Shown: positions 9,243 through 18,849, counted from the first letter of the stretch. The stretch is 64,000 nucleotides of DNA from Barnesiella sp. (GCA_045645425.1 JAZRIS010000027.1:181-64180); one strand, 5' to 3'. The notes: generated by a model not told the origin, from the sequence alone. Program-made: numbers and translations.

Positions 9243-10238
9243 TCAGGGAACTTCAACACGATTGAGAATTTCGCTTATAATCTCTTCGGCAGTCATATTG
9301 TTGGCCTCGGCCTCATAACTGAGTCCGATGCGGTGACGCAATACATCATGGCACACAGCGCGCACATCTTCAGGGATAACATATCCGCGCATTTTCAAGA
9401 AAGCATAGGCACGAGCAGCGAGAGCCAAGTTGATGGATGCACGAGGAGAAGCACCAAAAGAAATCATATTTTTGAGATCGTTCATGCCATACTCCTCGGG
9501 GAAGCGTGTAGCAAAAACGATATCGACGATGTAACGTTCGATTTTCTCGTCGATATATACCTTGCGTACAATCTCACGCGCCTCGATAATGTCGGCAGGA
9601 GTGAGAACGGGGCGAACTTCCTCAAAGAGATTGTCAATGTTGCGACGAATAATTTCACGTTCTTCCTCCTTCTTGGGATAACCAATGACAACCTTCAACA
9701 TAAAACGATCGACTTGCGCCTCGGGGAGCGGATAAGTACCCTCTTGCTCGATGGGGTTTTGAGTAGCCAAGACAAGGAAAGGATCGTCGAGTTTGAAAGT
9801 CTTCTCACCAATGGTTACCTGACGCTCTTGCATCGCTTCGAGCAAAGCACTTTGCACCTTGGCGGGGGCACGGTTAATCTCATCGGCCAATATAAAGTTG
9901 GCAAAAATGGGACCGCGTTTTATTTGAAACTGTTCTTTCGATTGGCTATATACCATTGTACCCACCACGTCGGCAGGCAAGAGGTCGGGCGTAAATTGGA
10001 TGCGATTGTACTTGGCATCAATAAGCGAAGCCAAAGTTTTGATAGCCAAAGTTTTGGCAAGACCCGGTACACCTTCGAGCAAGATGTGTCCGTTTGACAA
10101 GAGTCCTATCAAGAGAGAATCTACCAAGTGTTTTTGACCTACAATGATACGATCCATACCCATTGTAATGGTATTGACAAACGAACTTTTACCGGCAATC
10201 AGCTCATTCAGTTGTCTGATATCGACTGTTTCACTCAT
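9243..10238 (-). CDS. moxR: MoxR-family AAA+ ATPase (first gene of the Bat operon)
   Basis: 331 aa with Walker A (GVPGLAKT) and Walker B (ILADEINRA), and typical MoxR length. Confidence 0.9.
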   Translation of the reverse strand: MSETVDIRQLNELIAGKSSFVNTITMGMDRIIVGQKHLVDSLLIGLLSNGHILLEGVPGLAKTLAIKTLASLIDAKYNRIQFTPDLLPADVVGTMVYSQSKEQFQIKRGPIFANFILADEINRAPAKVQSALLEAMQERQVTIGEKTFKLDDPFLVLATQNPIEQEGTYPLPEAQVDRFMLKVVIGYPKKEEEREIIRRNIDNLFEEVRPVLTPADIIEAREIVRKVYIDEKIERYIVDIVFATRFPEEYGMNDLKNMISFGASPRASINLALAARAYAFLKMRGYVIPEDVRAVCHDVLRHRIGLSYEAEANNMTAEEIISEILNRVEVP

Positions 10239-10281
10239 ATATTTCTATTTAAATGTTATTATTGACAATTTTATTGGCGTA

Positions 10282-10289
10282 CAAAGGTA
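10282..10289 (-). promoter_or_regulatory. Putative -7 box TAccTTTG for the moxR/Bat operon
   Basis: Plus-strand caaaggta lies 43 nt upstream of the moxR ATG and is embedded in the palindrome gcgtacaaaggtacgc. Confidence 0.5.
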
Positions 10290-10384
10290 CGCATATATAA
10301 GGTGCTATGGAATGGAGTATTGTTAAAAAACGACTATTTATTAATTAAAAAACTTTAAACATCCACAACAGCCACCCCATCGCA

Positions 10385-11668
10385 CTAATCATACAGTTCC
10401 TTGATATGAGAGGCCTTTTGCAAAGCAACGTTTATGGCCGTCGTATCGTTGGCATCAATACCATATTTTTGAGGTTGCGGTATAGCGATGACAGTACCTA
10501 TGGGCACATTATTGGGATTGGCTATGATGTGCTTGTTTTCTTCATATACATACACCCAGAAGCATTTGTGTCCGTAGTATTTCAATGATATATTGGTAAG
10601 GAATACACCGCGACGAATGGTATCGACAGCAAGCGGTGTGGTCACAATCGGTGCAACCTCATTATGGGCCGAGAATACCGATGTGGTATCGACTGAATGT
10701 TGCAAGGTATCGAGCGGAAGAACGGCATGTGTCGATGAAATGGGCAAAAGAGTATCGACAGCAGACACACCGGAAGCATCGTCTTGCGGGAGAGTCAATA
10801 GAGGTACAAATTGAGGGAAAAATAACGCAACGATGAATAATAGTGCAACAATAACCGATGAAGCGATGATACCCCCTATCCACATACCCTTACGATAGGC
10901 ATGAGAGGTGGCAGCAGCACCTTCGCCAACGGTCGGTTGGAGAGCAACATCCTCATCGGCAACGACACTCGCCGGAGAAGGGAGCTCGACACGCTCTTCG
11001 ACAGGGAGTTGTTGCGCATCAGAGGAGGTATTCGAGAGGTCATCGGCAGGCGTTTGGTCTGCGATATTTTCGATGGCTTGGGCATTATCGTCTTTCAAAG
11101 AAGCATCGGATTGTACAGTGTCAGGTTGTGTTGCATCGGGTTGTGCAGTGTCGGGGTGTACAGTGTCGAGTTGCACCTCTACCATGTCATCGAGATATTT
11201 TTCTACAACCGGATGCTCTATATCGAGGGGCGCATCAGGCACATTGGCAGCAGAGTCATCAACAGAAATTATGACATCATCGGCATTATCGGGGGCATCA
11301 TCGCCCATTTCATCGACACTTTGAGTTTCGGCGACAATAGGAGCATCATCGGGCAACTCCTCGACACAAAAACAGGCAAAAGGCTCATTAATCGTTTCAC
11401 GAACAGCCTTGGAGGGAGTAAACGAGAGCTTATAGTGTCCGGGGATAATGTATGGAGCGCCCGTCTGCACATTGACACTTGCACGCTCATCGACCCAAGT
11501 AGGCTTGAAAACACCCAGCGCATTGATGCGCAACACCTCGCCCGAAGCTAGCGTCTCGGTCATGATAGCCATCAATTCGCGCAAAAAGAGTTCAGCCTCA
11601 CGCTTGGTAATATCTTGCTTTTGCGCCAACAACTCGGCCAATTCGGAGAAAGTAATCTTCTTGTTCAT
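10385..11668 (-). CDS. HU-domain fusion protein (HU-like N-terminus, acidic repeat linker, TM helix, C-terminal globular domain)
   Basis: 427 aa. The N-terminal 95 aa (MNKKITFSELAELLAQK..GEVLRINALGVFKPTWVDERASVNVQTGAPYIIPGHYKLSFTPSKAV) is HU/IHF-like. The middle holds a D/E/P/T-rich tract with DTVHPDTAQPDATQPDTVQSD repeats and the TM helix WIGGIIASSVIVALLFIVALFF. Confidence 0.65.
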   Translation of the reverse strand: MNKKITFSELAELLAQKQDITKREAELFLRELMAIMTETLASGEVLRINALGVFKPTWVDERASVNVQTGAPYIIPGHYKLSFTPSKAVRETINEPFACFCVEELPDDAPIVAETQSVDEMGDDAPDNADDVIISVDDSAANVPDAPLDIEHPVVEKYLDDMVEVQLDTVHPDTAQPDATQPDTVQSDASLKDDNAQAIENIADQTPADDLSNTSSDAQQLPVEERVELPSPASVVADEDVALQPTVGEGAAATSHAYRKGMWIGGIIASSVIVALLFIVALFFPQFVPLLTLPQDDASGVSAVDTLLPISSTHAVLPLDTLQHSVDTTSVFSAHNEVAPIVTTPLAVDTIRRGVFLTNISLKYYGHKCFWVYVYEENKHIIANPNNVPIGTVIAIPQPQKYGIDANDTTAINVALQKASHIKELYD

Positions 11669-11670
11669 GG

Positions 11671-11952
11671 CTATTTCTTGGATTTGAGTTGAGATTTTAT
11701 TGCACTGTTGGGCTTGAAAACCAATACCAATTTGGGCGGTATGAGCATACGTTTTCCCGTAGCAGGATTGACCGACACACGCTCCATTTTCTTACGCGCC
11801 TCAAACGTACCCAAACCCTGCAACATGATTGTATCCATCTGCGAGCAACGCTCCACTATCGTATCACAAAACGAGTCGAGCATAGCCTCAACATCCTCAC
11901 GTCTATAATCGAGTCGCTGTTGCAACTTTTTTACCAATTCTTTATGTTCCAC
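11671..11952 (-). CDS. HU-family DNA-binding protein
   Basis: The C-terminal sequence is LQGLGTFEARKKMERVSVNPATGKRMLIPPKLVLVFKPNSAIK. I place the start at the GTG (VEHKELVKKL) at 11952, because the long 138-aa reading overlaps the upstream gene and has an implausible Cys/Phe-rich leader. The start is uncertain. Confidence 0.6.
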   Translation of the reverse strand: MEHKELVKKLQQRLDYRREDVEAMLDSFCDTIVERCSQMDTIMLQGLGTFEARKKMERVSVNPATGKRMLIPPKLVLVFKPNSAIKSQLKSKK

Positions 11953-12083
11953 TTTATCACATATATAATATGATGCAAAGATATATTTTTTTCGATGAAA
12001 TGGGGGTAAATAATAAAAACAAAAAGAGGCCTCGCAAAAAGACCTCTTTATATCGACACCCGACAGCCGGCAGACAGTATTGT

Positions 12084-12548
12084 TCAATCCTGCTCGTCAT
12101 CGAGCATATCATCTACATCGTTACTCCGCAAGCTGTACATCTCGGCATATTCGCTCCACTCGGCATCCTTCTCGGTATATATAGAAAGAGGCAACAACTC
12201 AAAGGGGGCTAAAGCCTCATTGAGCATAGAGCCAAAAGCAGGTATATTGCGAGTATAGAACACCATATTGCGCTCACCACCACCGGTATAAACACCTGTG
12301 AGTATAGCCAATTTATTCTTCTCCATGGCACGTTTGAGAACAGCGAGCACCTCCTCCATACGTTGTGCCACAGCCTCATCGGGCATACCCTTGCTATCGG
12401 GAGTATATTTCCAAGTCACCTCGGCGCGTTCGCGAAATTTTCCCGATTTTATAAACTCATCAATATCGCAACGTCCCGAAACGAAGATTGTATCATTACC
12501 CACCTCGCTATCGGCTATTGCAGTAAACCATTCGTCACTGAGTTTCAT
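12084..12548 (-). CDS. DUF695-like cytoplasmic protein
   Basis: 154-aa acidic ORF. The general pattern (VSGRCDIDEF...AEVTWKY...GMP...) resembles DUF695 as I recall it. No catalytic motif was seen. Confidence 0.5.
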   Translation of the reverse strand: MKLSDEWFTAIADSEVGNDTIFVSGRCDIDEFIKSGKFRERAEVTWKYTPDSKGMPDEAVAQRMEEVLAVLKRAMEKNKLAILTGVYTGGGERNMVFYTRNIPAFGSMLNEALAPFELLPLSIYTEKDAEWSEYAEMYSLRSNDVDDMLDDEQD

Positions 12549-12626
12549 AAATGATGTATATAGAAAAAGCCTTCACACCGCACAAGAATGTGGTATAGAA
12601 GGCTTTAAATGTGTCAAATGAAATAA

Positions 12627-12803
12627 TTATTTCTTGGCAGCCTCTACAGAAGCTTTACGGAACTCTTTGAAGAGTTTCTCCAACTCCAAAGAACTCTTGC
12701 GAGCACGAACACCGGCAGCTTTATTGCCTTTTTCTACTACTGCACTTGCGTTTGCCTCAAACGCTGCCCACTCTTGTTTGATTTTTTCAACTAATGTTAC
12801 CAT
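12627..12803 (-). CDS. Histone H1-like small basic DNA-binding protein (58 aa, below the ORF-track length cutoff)
   Basis: Hand translation of the minus strand gives MVTLVEKIKQEWAAFEANASAVVEKGNKAAGVRARKSSLELEKLFKEFRKASVEAAKK, then a stop. The GNKAAG.RARK..LELEKL.KEFRK core is as in Bacteroidota proteins annotated histone H1. The listed plus-strand ORF 12634..12819 is its antisense shadow. Confidence 0.6.
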   Translation of the reverse strand: MVTLVEKIKQEWAAFEANASAVVEKGNKAAGVRARKSSLELEKLFKEFRKASVEAAKK

Positions 12804-12877
12804 AATTAGCTCTTTTTAAAATTGTTAATATTGTAGATTATATTGTTATTCAACAATGCAGTGACATAAATACGATG

Positions 12878-12885
12878 CAAATTTA
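12878..12885 (-). promoter_or_regulatory. Putative -7 box TAaaTTTG for the H1-like gene
   Basis: Plus-strand caaattta lies 74 nt upstream of the ATG at 12803. Confidence 0.4.
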
Positions 12886-13025
12886 AGATAAAAACCCGAA
12901 TTTGTAAACAATTTCATTTGATTTTATGGCATTAAACGACGATTTAGTGTTAAATAGTGTTAATATCAAATACAAAAACAGACATACAGGTACTCAAAGA
13001 GTTGATAAGAACGATAAACACGACT

Positions 13026-13916
13026 TTAAGCGGCACGTTGGCGACGCATGATTTGAGCCGAATTGATAATATTTTGCCATATCACATAGGAAGCCGGAGC
13101 AATAGAGGCAAGAGGATGCAGATAAGTGAGAGCCATCCATATCGCAAGCACGGTATTTTTCTGTCCAAGGCCTTGTGCTCCCGACACTTTATCGCCATAC
13201 CTCGCTCCAATTTTGCGACCGACATAAAATTGCAACAAACAACAGAGCAAGGCAAAAACAGCCAAGGCAATCTCCTGCGGGAGCGACGAAACAGGCTGCC
13301 TCATGACAAAACTCACCGACTTGCCCACCACTATAAAGAGAGCCACAATCCACAAATAGAAAGAGATAGAGGGGCGGCTACGCACCGCTTGGTGCAAACG
13401 AGGCACAAAACGTTGCATGAGAAGAGCCAATAGCAACGGCAGCAAAAGCAGTGGTAGCACCTGCTTGCATATAATCAAAACCGAATCGATAAACGCCAAC
13501 TCGGTGTGGATACCAATCAGAGAGAAGAAAAACGGAGCCGCAACCGCCACCAACAGATTGCACAAGAGGCTATATCCGACAAGCAACGACAGATTGCCAC
13601 CCAACATAGCTGCCACAACAGGCGCAGAAGTGGCCGTAGGGCAAAAGAGGCATATAAAGGCACCTTGAGCCACAACAGGGTCAAATGTAGCAAGAATGAA
13701 GTACACAATCCATGCCCCGGCAAATTGCACCAAGAGCATCCAAGCATACATGGGGGTAATGCGCAAATGAGAAATATCGAGTTTGCAATACGACACCAAC
13801 AACATGGCAAAAAGCAGATAGGGTGTAAGAAAAGCAATAGAGGCAGCAAACGAATGAGCAATGACACCCGCAACCATGGCTAAAGGCAGTGCGTATGTGC
13901 GAAGTTTCTGTAACAT
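13026..13916 (-). CDS. Polytopic membrane transporter, BASS/SBF-like (bile acid:Na+ symporter family)
   Basis: 296 aa with about 9-10 TM helices. The segments CPTATSAPVVAAMLGGNLSL and GQKNTVLAIWMAL resemble the two conserved BASS half-motifs. The family call is tentative. Confidence 0.5.
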   Translation of the reverse strand: MLQKLRTYALPLAMVAGVIAHSFAASIAFLTPYLLFAMLLVSYCKLDISHLRITPMYAWMLLVQFAGAWIVYFILATFDPVVAQGAFICLFCPTATSAPVVAAMLGGNLSLLVGYSLLCNLLVAVAAPFFFSLIGIHTELAFIDSVLIICKQVLPLLLLPLLLALLMQRFVPRLHQAVRSRPSISFYLWIVALFIVVGKSVSFVMRQPVSSLPQEIALAVFALLCCLLQFYVGRKIGARYGDKVSGAQGLGQKNTVLAIWMALTYLHPLASIAPASYVIWQNIINSAQIMRRQRAA

Positions 13917-14000
13917 CGGGATGGGAATTAAATAGCAAAAGACAAAGGTAGGTAAATAAAGGAGAGGATAAACAATGCAGCCCTAAAAAACGCAGATAGG

Positions 14001-14035
14001 AGAAAAGAACAGCCCGAAGCTGACGCTTCGGGCTG
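14001..14035 (-). terminator. Rho-independent terminator of the L31 gene
   Basis: Perfect 11-bp stem, cagcccgaagc (14010-14020) with gcttcgggctg (14025-14035), and loop tgac. It is followed on the minus strand by ttcttttctcc. Confidence 0.6.
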
Positions 14036-14059
14036 CTATATAAATACAATAGGTACTTA

Positions 14060-14308
14060 TTATTTCTTCTTACCGTAACGGCTCATGAACTTATCAACGC
14101 GACCGGCAGTATCCACAAGTTTTTGTTTACCTGTGTAGAAGGGGTGCGATGCGCTGGTGATTTCAAGCTTTACTAAGGGGTAAGTTTCACCGTTTACCTC
14201 AATGGTCTCTTTAGTAGCGATAGTGCTACGGCTGATGAAAATTTCTTCGTTCGACATGTCTTTGAAGACTACGGGACGATAATTCTCGGGATGTATTCCT
14301 TGCTTCAT
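14060..14308 (-). CDS. rpmE: 50S ribosomal protein L31, type B (no Zn ribbon)
   Basis: 82 aa. [15 protein letters not shown]...[10 protein letters not shown]...GRVDKF matches the L31 type B pattern and lacks the CxxC pairs. Confidence 0.9.
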   Translation of the reverse strand: MKQGIHPENYRPVVFKDMSNEEIFISRSTIATKETIEVNGETYPLVKLEITSASHPFYTGKQKLVDTAGRVDKFMSRYGKKK

Positions 14309-14374
14309 TGTTTTAAGTTCTTAATAGTTATACATTTAACCACGTTGGTAAAGCGTGATATTCGTAATGGCTTG

Positions 14375-14382
14375 CAAATGTA
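14375..14382 (-). promoter_or_regulatory. Putative -7 box TAcaTTTG for rpmE
   Basis: Plus-strand caaatgta lies 66 nt upstream of the ATG at 14308. Confidence 0.4.
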
Positions 14383-14590
14383 CGAACTTTCGGCAGAATG
14401 GGCAAATATTTTAAGTAGAAAAATTGACCGACGAGCAAAATATTTTTTTATTTGGTATCTTGTTAATCTCTTCGGGCTCAAAGTTCACTTTTACATTATA
14501 CTATATATTTATCAAATTCATAGGAGCCGAAATTTGCTACTTCACACACTTTGCATTATCTTTACGCAATGAAATAATATAAAATAGATT

Positions 14591-15337
14591 ATGGGAATAT
14601 TTGACTTTTTCAAGAAGAAAGAGAGTGGCGATAGGACACTGTTTTACGACACAGAGGTACACTGCCACATTCTTCCGGGCATAGACGATGGCTCGCCCGA
14701 TGTAGCAACGTCGGTAGAGATGGTGAAGGCAATGCACGACATGGGCATACGTCGCATCATTACCACTTCGCATGTCACCGAAAGCACATTTGAGAATACT
14801 CCCGCAACAATAAAGAGTGCCTACGACACCTTGCGCACAGCCCTTGATGCCCAAGGTATAGAGATGGAAATACACACCTCGGCCGAGTATCGCATGGACG
14901 AATATTTTCTCAAACAAGTAAAGGAGAACCAACTCCTCCCCTTCCCCGAAGATTATATTCTCATCGAGAACTCTTTTTTCCAGCCCTATTGGGAGATAAA
15001 AGAGCTCATTTTCGACCTTAAAATGAAGGGCTACACACCCATATTGGCACACCCCGAACGATATATCTACTATCACAAAACTCCGGGTATATACAAGGAC
15101 TTGTTTGAGTATGGATGTCTGTATCAGGTAAACTTCCTGTCGCTTGCCGGATATTATCATCCACAAGTAAAGGAGATGGCATGGCAACTGCTCAACAACG
15201 GTATGGTATCGTTTATTGGTAGCGATATGCACAACATGAGTCATGCCCAACATATCAAGGAGTATATGAACAGCCGCGAATATCGCAAACTCACCGATAA
15301 GGCGGGCGATATACTCAACAATAAGATTGTCTTTTAA
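14591..15337 (+). CDS. CpsB/YwqE-like PHP-domain protein-tyrosine phosphatase
   Basis: 248 aa. It carries the PHP metal motifs VHCHILPGIDDGS, ITTSH, HPERY and GSDMH. Confidence 0.75.
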   Translation: MGIFDFFKKKESGDRTLFYDTEVHCHILPGIDDGSPDVATSVEMVKAMHDMGIRRIITTSHVTESTFENTPATIKSAYDTLRTALDAQGIEMEIHTSAEYRMDEYFLKQVKENQLLPFPEDYILIENSFFQPYWEIKELIFDLKMKGYTPILAHPERYIYYHKTPGIYKDLFEYGCLYQVNFLSLAGYYHPQVKEMAWQLLNNGMVSFIGSDMHNMSHAQHIKEYMNSREYRKLTDKAGDILNNKIVF

Positions 15338-15360
15338 AGAATTTCAGGGAGATAATGACA

Positions 15361-15400
15361 AAGGGGTGTTTTACCATGTGGTAGCACCCCTTGTTTTTTG
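15361..15400 (+). terminator. Rho-independent terminator after the cpsB-like gene
   Basis: Stem aaggggtg (15361-15368) with cacccctt (15385-15392), followed by gtttttt. Confidence 0.65.
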
Positions 15401-15561
15401 TGTGTACATTGCACAATGCGACAGCACACAGAGATTACACATCGAAATGTCACAGCACTGCACCTTTACATAAGAAATGAGGTTGCGCCAAAATCGGAAT
15501 TTTGACACAACCTCAATATCAAGTTGGTTTTCTATTTACTTGTATAAACAGAGCCTATGTA

Positions 15562-17604
15562 TCAATCGTTATATACGGGCAATGTAGCGTAATCGGTAGA
15601 GTAACGCAACATTTGCTCGGCATAGCCTTCGGTATAGTCGAGAGTTACATCAACGATGTTGCCTTCGGCGTCATAGTGAGCGGTGTAAACGGGATTGACA
15701 AAACCTTTGTAAGGAGCGAGATTGAGCGCCTCGTAACGAGCCAACACCTCTTTGTGAAGTTCGGGATCGACTTTCACAGCATATTTCTCAACCAAGATGC
15801 GACCGGCTTCGTAGTCACCCTCGCTCTTGATGCGTTGAATCTCGGCAAGTTGTTGGCCAAAAATCTCACGCAACTTGATGTAATCGTTGATTTTTACATA
15901 ACGTTTGCCATCGACAACAGCTATTTCAATAACATTGTCGGCCTTACCCAAGTCGTAAGCCCAAGCAGCGATGAGCTGGCGGTCGCGCATGTGGCTCTCT
16001 TCAACATCTTTACCCGGCTCGATACGGTGTAATTGAGTCATCAAGCCATTCATCATTTGTTGATAGTAGCAAGCCTTGTAAGCCTCGGCATTGGGGATAA
16101 TGCCCAACTCAACCAACTTGGCATCGGCCATGTAATAGAGCGCAAAGAGGTCGGCACGAGCCTCTTCGAGAGTAGAGCCATGAGCTTTGAGAGCGTCGGG
16201 ATCGACACCGGGGAGCAATTTACCCGAGCCATGACCCAAGCACTCGTGCAAGTCGGTATGAAGGTCACCTGTGATACCACCATACTCGGCGAGCAATTTG
16301 CGCTCAACATCGCTATAAACAAACTCTTCGTTGAAGCCATTACCTTTGGCAGCCTCGGCATAAGCCTCGGTGATGTTGTCGATAGTAACCGATTTAGAGC
16401 CATGAGTAGCACGTATCCAGTTGGCGTTGGGAAGGTTGATACCGATAGCAGTAGAGGGATAGCAATCGCCGGCAAGAATAGCGGCAGTGATAACCTTGGC
16501 CGATACGCCTGTTACGTTTTCTTTTTTGAAGCGAGCCTCTGTGGGAGAGTTATCCTCAAACCATTGAGCATTCTCGCTGATAAGTTCGGTGCGACGAGAA
16601 GCCTCCAAGTCCTTGAAGTTTACAACCGACTCCCAGCTTGCTTTCATGCCGAGGGGGTCGCCATAAGACTCGGTAAATCCGTTTACAAAGTCGATGCGGC
16701 TATCGAGGTCTTTAACCCACAAGATAGCATACTCGTCAAATGCTTTCAAGTCGCCTGTACGATAGTACTCGATGAGTTTTTCGATAACAGCCTTTTGTTG
16801 GTCGTTCTCGGCCACACCGGCAGCTTTTTCGAGATACTCTACGATGCGTGCAATAGCTTGTCCATAGCGGCCATCTATTTTATATACCTCTTCATAAATC
16901 TTGCCGTTGCGCTTAACAAGACGGCTGTTGAGGCCATAAGATATAGGAGTAGCATCGTTGGGGTCTTTCATGGCATTGTAGAAAGCCTCCACCTCGGCTT
17001 GAGTCACGCCATCATAATAGTTTCCGGCCGAAGTAGCCACAACATCCACGCCATCGGCTTGATTGGTGCGTTTGGGCATCACGGTAGGATCGAACATGAT
17101 AGGAGTGAGTGTAGCCAAGAATTGCTCAACAGTCTCGCCTTCGCGCAAAGGCAACTTTGACACCTCTACAGCCTTGACAGCCTCGGCAAAAAATTCTTGC
17201 GAGAAAGCAGGCATGATTTTGTCGCTTGAATAGTGGTGGTGAAGACCGTTGGCAAACCATATTTGCTTGATGTAGGTTTCAAAAGCTTTCCAATCGTCGG
17301 TAGATTTGTCGCCTTTGTAATCGGTATAGATAGCCTCAAGAGTATAGCGAAGGGGCAAGCTCCATTTGCTGTTTTGGTCGAAGAGGATATCGCGGCCATA
17401 GAGAGCCGACTCTTGCAAGAAGTAGATAAGTTTCTTTTGGTCGAGTGACAACTCCTCAAAACCCTTTACTTGGTAGCGAAGCACTTCGAGGTCGGCAAAA
17501 CGCTCAACCGTGTAGTCAAACTCCGCATTCTCTTTTTGGTTTGCACCGGGGGCACAAGCCATGAGTGACAATGAAGCCAACATAATACAAATGTTTTTTT
17601 TCAT
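15562..17604 (-). CDS. Dipeptidyl-peptidase III-like zinc peptidase (family M49), exported or lipoprotein
   Basis: 680 aa. It has the HECLGHGSGK (HExxGH) and EEARADL (EExRAE) motifs of M49. The signal peptide with lipobox is MKKNICIMLASLSLMAC. Confidence 0.8.
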   Translation of the reverse strand: MKKNICIMLASLSLMACAPGANQKENAEFDYTVERFADLEVLRYQVKGFEELSLDQKKLIYFLQESALYGRDILFDQNSKWSLPLRYTLEAIYTDYKGDKSTDDWKAFETYIKQIWFANGLHHHYSSDKIMPAFSQEFFAEAVKAVEVSKLPLREGETVEQFLATLTPIMFDPTVMPKRTNQADGVDVVATSAGNYYDGVTQAEVEAFYNAMKDPNDATPISYGLNSRLVKRNGKIYEEVYKIDGRYGQAIARIVEYLEKAAGVAENDQQKAVIEKLIEYYRTGDLKAFDEYAILWVKDLDSRIDFVNGFTESYGDPLGMKASWESVVNFKDLEASRRTELISENAQWFEDNSPTEARFKKENVTGVSAKVITAAILAGDCYPSTAIGINLPNANWIRATHGSKSVTIDNITEAYAEAAKGNGFNEEFVYSDVERKLLAEYGGITGDLHTDLHECLGHGSGKLLPGVDPDALKAHGSTLEEARADLFALYYMADAKLVELGIIPNAEAYKACYYQQMMNGLMTQLHRIEPGKDVEESHMRDRQLIAAWAYDLGKADNVIEIAVVDGKRYVKINDYIKLREIFGQQLAEIQRIKSEGDYEAGRILVEKYAVKVDPELHKEVLARYEALNLAPYKGFVNPVYTAHYDAEGNIVDVTLDYTEGYAEQMLRYSTDYATLPVYND

Positions 17605-17652
17605 AGATAAGGATGATTTAAAATTAAGTTATAGTTTGATTTATAATTATTT

Positions 17653-18837
17653 CTATTCGACATACAATACCAGACCCTTGAGATACTCACCCTCAGGATG
17701 GTATATATTGACAGGGTGGTCGGCGGGTTGTGTGAGCTGATGCAAGATGCGCACCTTGCGACCAGACTGTGCAGCAGCCGTAAATACCGCCAAACGGAAA
17801 TTCTCCTTGCTCACCACTTGCGAACAAGAGAAGGTAAACAATATACCTCCGGGGCGTATTTTCTCAAAAGCCTTGGCATTGAGCTTACGATAGCCCTGCA
17901 AGGCATTGTTGAGCACCTTGCGATGCTTGGCAAATGCCGGCGGGTCGAGAATGATGAGGTCATAATTGTCGCCCATTGCATCGAGATACTTGAAAGCATC
18001 CTCGGCAAATGCTTTGTGGCGAGGGTCGCCGGGGAAGTTGAGTTCTACGTTTTGACAAGTAAGGTCGATGGCCTTGGCCGAGCTATCGACCGAGTGTACC
18101 AACTCGGCACCACCTCGCATGGCATAGAACGAGAAGCCACCTGTGTAACAGAACATATTGAGTACCTTGCGATTGCGAGAATAACGTTCGAGCAAGGCAC
18201 GATTTTCGCGTTGATCGACAAAGAAGCCGGTTTTCTGTCCGCGCAACCAATCGACATGGAAGGTAAGACCATTCTCGGTGGCAGTATCGCTACCTATACC
18301 CCCCAGCAGATACTCGTTTTCTTGTTCAAGCGCCGCTTTGTAGGGCAGAGTGGTTTCCGATTTGTAATAGATATTGTCGAGTTTATCGCCCATCACCTCT
18401 TTGAGAGCCTTGGCAAGGGTGTGACGAGCATAGTGCATGCCGGGGCTATGAGCCTGCATAACAGCCGTGTTGCGATATATATCTATAATGAGTCCGGGCA
18501 AGTTATCACCTTCGCCATGCACCAATCGATAGGCATTGTTGTAATCGCCATTTTCCAGCCCCAGACTGCGACGCATATCGTATGCAACCTGCAGTCGCTC
18601 GCAATAGAAAGCATGATCGATCTCTACGGGCGAAAAAGAGAGAATACGCACGGCAATACTACCTATTTGATAGTGTCCTACCCCCACAAAGTTTCCTTGC
18701 CAATCCTCAACGGTAACAACGTCACCCTCAACAGGCTCACCTATGACACGCTGTATGGCACCGGAGAAAACCCAAGGGTGAAAACGACGGAAAGAATCTT
18801 CTTTGCCGGGTTTGAGTATAAATCTACTTTGCGACAT
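17653..18837 (-). CDS. rlmI: 23S rRNA m5C methyltransferase RlmI-like (PUA plus class I SAM methyltransferase)
   Basis: 394 aa with an N-terminal PUA-like region, the SAM motif VLNMFCYTGGFS and DLIILDPPAF. Confidence 0.8.
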   Translation of the reverse strand: MSQSRFILKPGKEDSFRRFHPWVFSGAIQRVIGEPVEGDVVTVEDWQGNFVGVGHYQIGSIAVRILSFSPVEIDHAFYCERLQVAYDMRRSLGLENGDYNNAYRLVHGEGDNLPGLIIDIYRNTAVMQAHSPGMHYARHTLAKALKEVMGDKLDNIYYKSETTLPYKAALEQENEYLLGGIGSDTATENGLTFHVDWLRGQKTGFFVDQRENRALLERYSRNRKVLNMFCYTGGFSFYAMRGGAELVHSVDSSAKAIDLTCQNVELNFPGDPRHKAFAEDAFKYLDAMGDNYDLIILDPPAFAKHRKVLNNALQGYRKLNAKAFEKIRPGGILFTFSCSQVVSKENFRLAVFTAAAQSGRKVRILHQLTQPADHPVNIYHPEGEYLKGLVLYVE

Positions 18838-18849
18838 AATTATCGTAGT

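Noticed and set aside
12634-12819. A listed plus-strand 61-aa ORF.
   Set aside because: It is the antisense shadow of the 58-aa H1-like gene on the minus strand, which has a recognisable family core and an upstream promoter box.
14537-15253. A 238-aa minus-strand ORF overlaps the cpsB-like gene.
   Set aside because: It has no recognisable motifs and is Cys/His/Tyr-rich. The plus-strand frame carries all the PHP phosphatase metal-binding motifs.
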